NCBI GenBank assembly: GCA_900548495.1
Contig: URKT01000001.1
Coordinates: 1-47,210 of the forward strand
Reading direction: 5' to 3'
Length of the DNA: 47,210 nt
From: an uncultured Collinsella sp.
Lineage (GTDB): Bacteria; Actinomycetota; Coriobacteriia; Coriobacteriales; Coriobacteriaceae
The position numbers were made by a program, and so were the translations under genes. Below the pieces are notes generated by a model. It saw only the letters and a list, made by a program, of their open reading frames with translations, was not told the DNA's origin and did no database searches. This document shows positions 45,771-47,210 of the stretch, in pieces. The first letter of the stretch is position 1; every line of letters begins with the position of its first letter.

Positions 45771-46790
45771 TTATAAAACGATGCCGTCCATGGAGTTGGC
45801 GACATTCTCGACCAGCCCGGCGCGCACGGCTTCGGCCGCCGCGAGCGTACCGTTTTTGACAGCCTCGACCGAGGTGGCACCATGGCCGATCAGGACCACG
45901 CCGCGCAGGCCCAAAAGAATCGCGCCGCCCTTGGCGTCGCCCGAAAGCTTGGCTTTAATCTCGCGCATCTGCTTTTTGATGAGCAGCGCGGCGATCTTGG
46001 TGCCGAGCGAGGCCATAAAGGCACCCTTGAGTTCCTGCAGCAAAAACTTGGCAGCGCCCTCGGTGGCCTTGAGCGCAATGTTGCCCGACATGCCGTCGGC
46101 GACCACGACGTCAAAATTGCCCGACGTAAGATCGGTACCCTCGCAGTTGCCCACAAAGCCGGGAACCGCGGCCTTCATGGCCGGGAAGCACGCCTTGGTA
46201 AAGTTGGAGCCCTTCTCGTCCTCGGTGCCGTTGGCAAGCAGTCCCACGCGAGGATGCTCGAGGCCCAAAACCACACGGGCATAGGCAGCGCCCATCTGGG
46301 CGAAGCGCACCATGTCGTCCACCGTAACATCGGGATTGGCGCCCATATCGCACAGCACCGTCAGGCCGCCGGCACGATTGGGCAGTGCGTTGGTAAGGCA
46401 CGGACGGACCGGCTGCTTCTTGCCCTCTGCCAAATACCTAAACGGCGTAACGTAGGCCGTGGCGGCAGCGGTCATGGCACCGGTCGAGCCGGCCGAGAAA
46501 AACGCGTCCGCATTGCCCTTCTTAATGGCACGGCATGCAAGCACAATCGAAGACTTGCGCTTGGTCATCACGGCGCGGATGGGATCGTCCTCCATGCTGA
46601 TGACGTCGGGGGCCTCCAAAGCCTCTACGCGGGCATGCGCCGCGGCAAAGGGGTTGACGATTTCGGCGGGACCGACGGCCAAGACCTCGATCTCGGGATC
46701 TACCGCAAGCGCAGCCTCGATACCGTCGAGGACAACCTGGGGCTTCTCGTCTCCGCCCACAACGTCTACACAAACGCGAACGTTACTCAT
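45771..46790 (-). CDS. plsX: Phosphate acyltransferase PlsX
   Basis: DVVGGD, SAGSTGA, DMGAN, GTEDEKG, GNIALKATEG, IGHG. Confidence 0.95.
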   Translation of the reverse strand: MSNVRVCVDVVGGDEKPQVVLDGIEAALAVDPEIEVLAVGPAEIVNPFAAAHARVEALEAPDVISMEDDPIRAVMTKRKSSIVLACRAIKKGNADAFFSAGSTGAMTAAATAYVTPFRYLAEGKKQPVRPCLTNALPNRAGGLTVLCDMGANPDVTVDDMVRFAQMGAAYARVVLGLEHPRVGLLANGTEDEKGSNFTKACFPAMKAAVPGFVGNCEGTDLTSGNFDVVVADGMSGNIALKATEGAAKFLLQELKGAFMASLGTKIAALLIKKQMREIKAKLSGDAKGGAILLGLRGVVLIGHGATSVEAVKNGTLAAAEAVRAGLVENVANSMDGIVL

Positions 46791-46808
46791 TTCATATACT
46801 CCTTATAC

Positions 46809-46838
46809 AAAAATGGCCGACTCATTGAGCCGGCCATT
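46809..46838 (-). terminator. Terminator after rpmF
   Basis: Minus strand aatggccggctc-aat-gagtcggccatt-ttt. Confidence 0.75.
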
Positions 46839-46878
46839 GTGGTTCCAGTTGGAACGGCATCGCATCCAGAGTATACCG

Positions 46879-47058
46879 TTACTCGGTAACGATAACCTCG
46901 CGGTCCTTGTAGAAACCGCAGCTGGGGCACACGTGGTGCGGAAGCTTGACAGCACCGCAACGGGGGCACGTGGACTGAGCCGCAGCCGAGATCTTCATGT
47001 TGGCGGAACGACGGGTATGGGTGCGGATACGACCCTGCTTTTGTTTAGGTACGGGCAT
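46879..47058 (-). CDS. rpmF: 50S ribosomal protein L32 (zinc-ribbon form)
   Basis: Manual translation MPVPKQKQGRIRTHTRRSAN...CPRCG..KLPHHVCPSCGFYKDREV (59 aa); not in the ORF track. Confidence 0.96.
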   Translation of the reverse strand: MPVPKQKQGRIRTHTRRSANMKISAAAQSTCPRCGAVKLPHHVCPSCGFYKDREVIVTE

Positions 47059-47122
47059 AGTGACCTTCCTTATGAACTATCCAGTGTGGCGATTACGCGC
47101 AAGTAGCGATACTACCACAGTT

Positions 47123-47210
47123 TTACTCGTCAAGCTTGAGATTCTTCAATGCTGCAAATGGATTTTCCGTGGCAGCGGCCCATTCCGCCTCTGCCTGGGC
47201 GGCGCAATCG
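47123..47210 (-). CDS. YceD/DUF177 family protein, 3' end
   Basis: ...DCAAQAEAEWAAATENPFAALKNLKLDE*, upstream of rpmF. Confidence 0.75.
   Translation of the reverse strand, partial: DCAAQAEAEWAAATENPFAALKNLKLDE

Noticed and set aside
1..47210. CRISPR array, tRNA/rRNA, prophage, integrase or transposase
   Set aside because: No regularly spaced direct repeats, cloverleafs or mobile-element proteins were recognised by eye

Overview
High-GC, mostly minus-strand housekeeping region of a gut-type actinobacterium, probably Coriobacteriia (Collinsella-like; taxonomy is inferred from gene content, not checked). Genes in coordinate order: lepA (5' end), rpsT, holA, a comEC 3' remnant fused to a truncated fructose-family PTS IIB gene, an RpiR regulator, recN, nadK, tlyA, xseB, nusB, asp23, efp, Xaa-Pro peptidase, degenerate aroB, aroK, yqeG, mltG, ruvX, alaS, a DUF948/anti-sigma/SigB-F-type sigma/AI-2E operon, rarA, dGTPase, A24 prepilin peptidase, GT2, rluD, lspA, ileS with a full T-box riboswitch, glycerol-dehydrogenase-like ADH, DUF523, ftsH, an internally deleted cobO pseudogene, MATE, trmH, folA, thyA, a DUF134-NifB/NifX fusion, ffh, ftsY, smc, rnc, acp, plsX, rpmF and the yceD 3' end. 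No CRISPR, rRNA, tRNA, prophage or transposase was seen. Most notable: (1) an AroB homologue that has lost its catalytic and metal-binding motifs but remains coupled to an intact AroK and a HAD phosphatase; (2) a compact stress-sigma operon with a kinase-degenerate anti-sigma, no adjacent anti-anti-sigma, and a consensus-like target promoter upstream of ftsH; (3) a deletion junction destroying comEC and a PTS operon; (4) a terminator-type Ile T-box with a non-canonical antiterminator bulge; (5) a DUF134 fusion with twin palindromic operators and an internal RBS; (6) several unannotated palindromic or structured elements.
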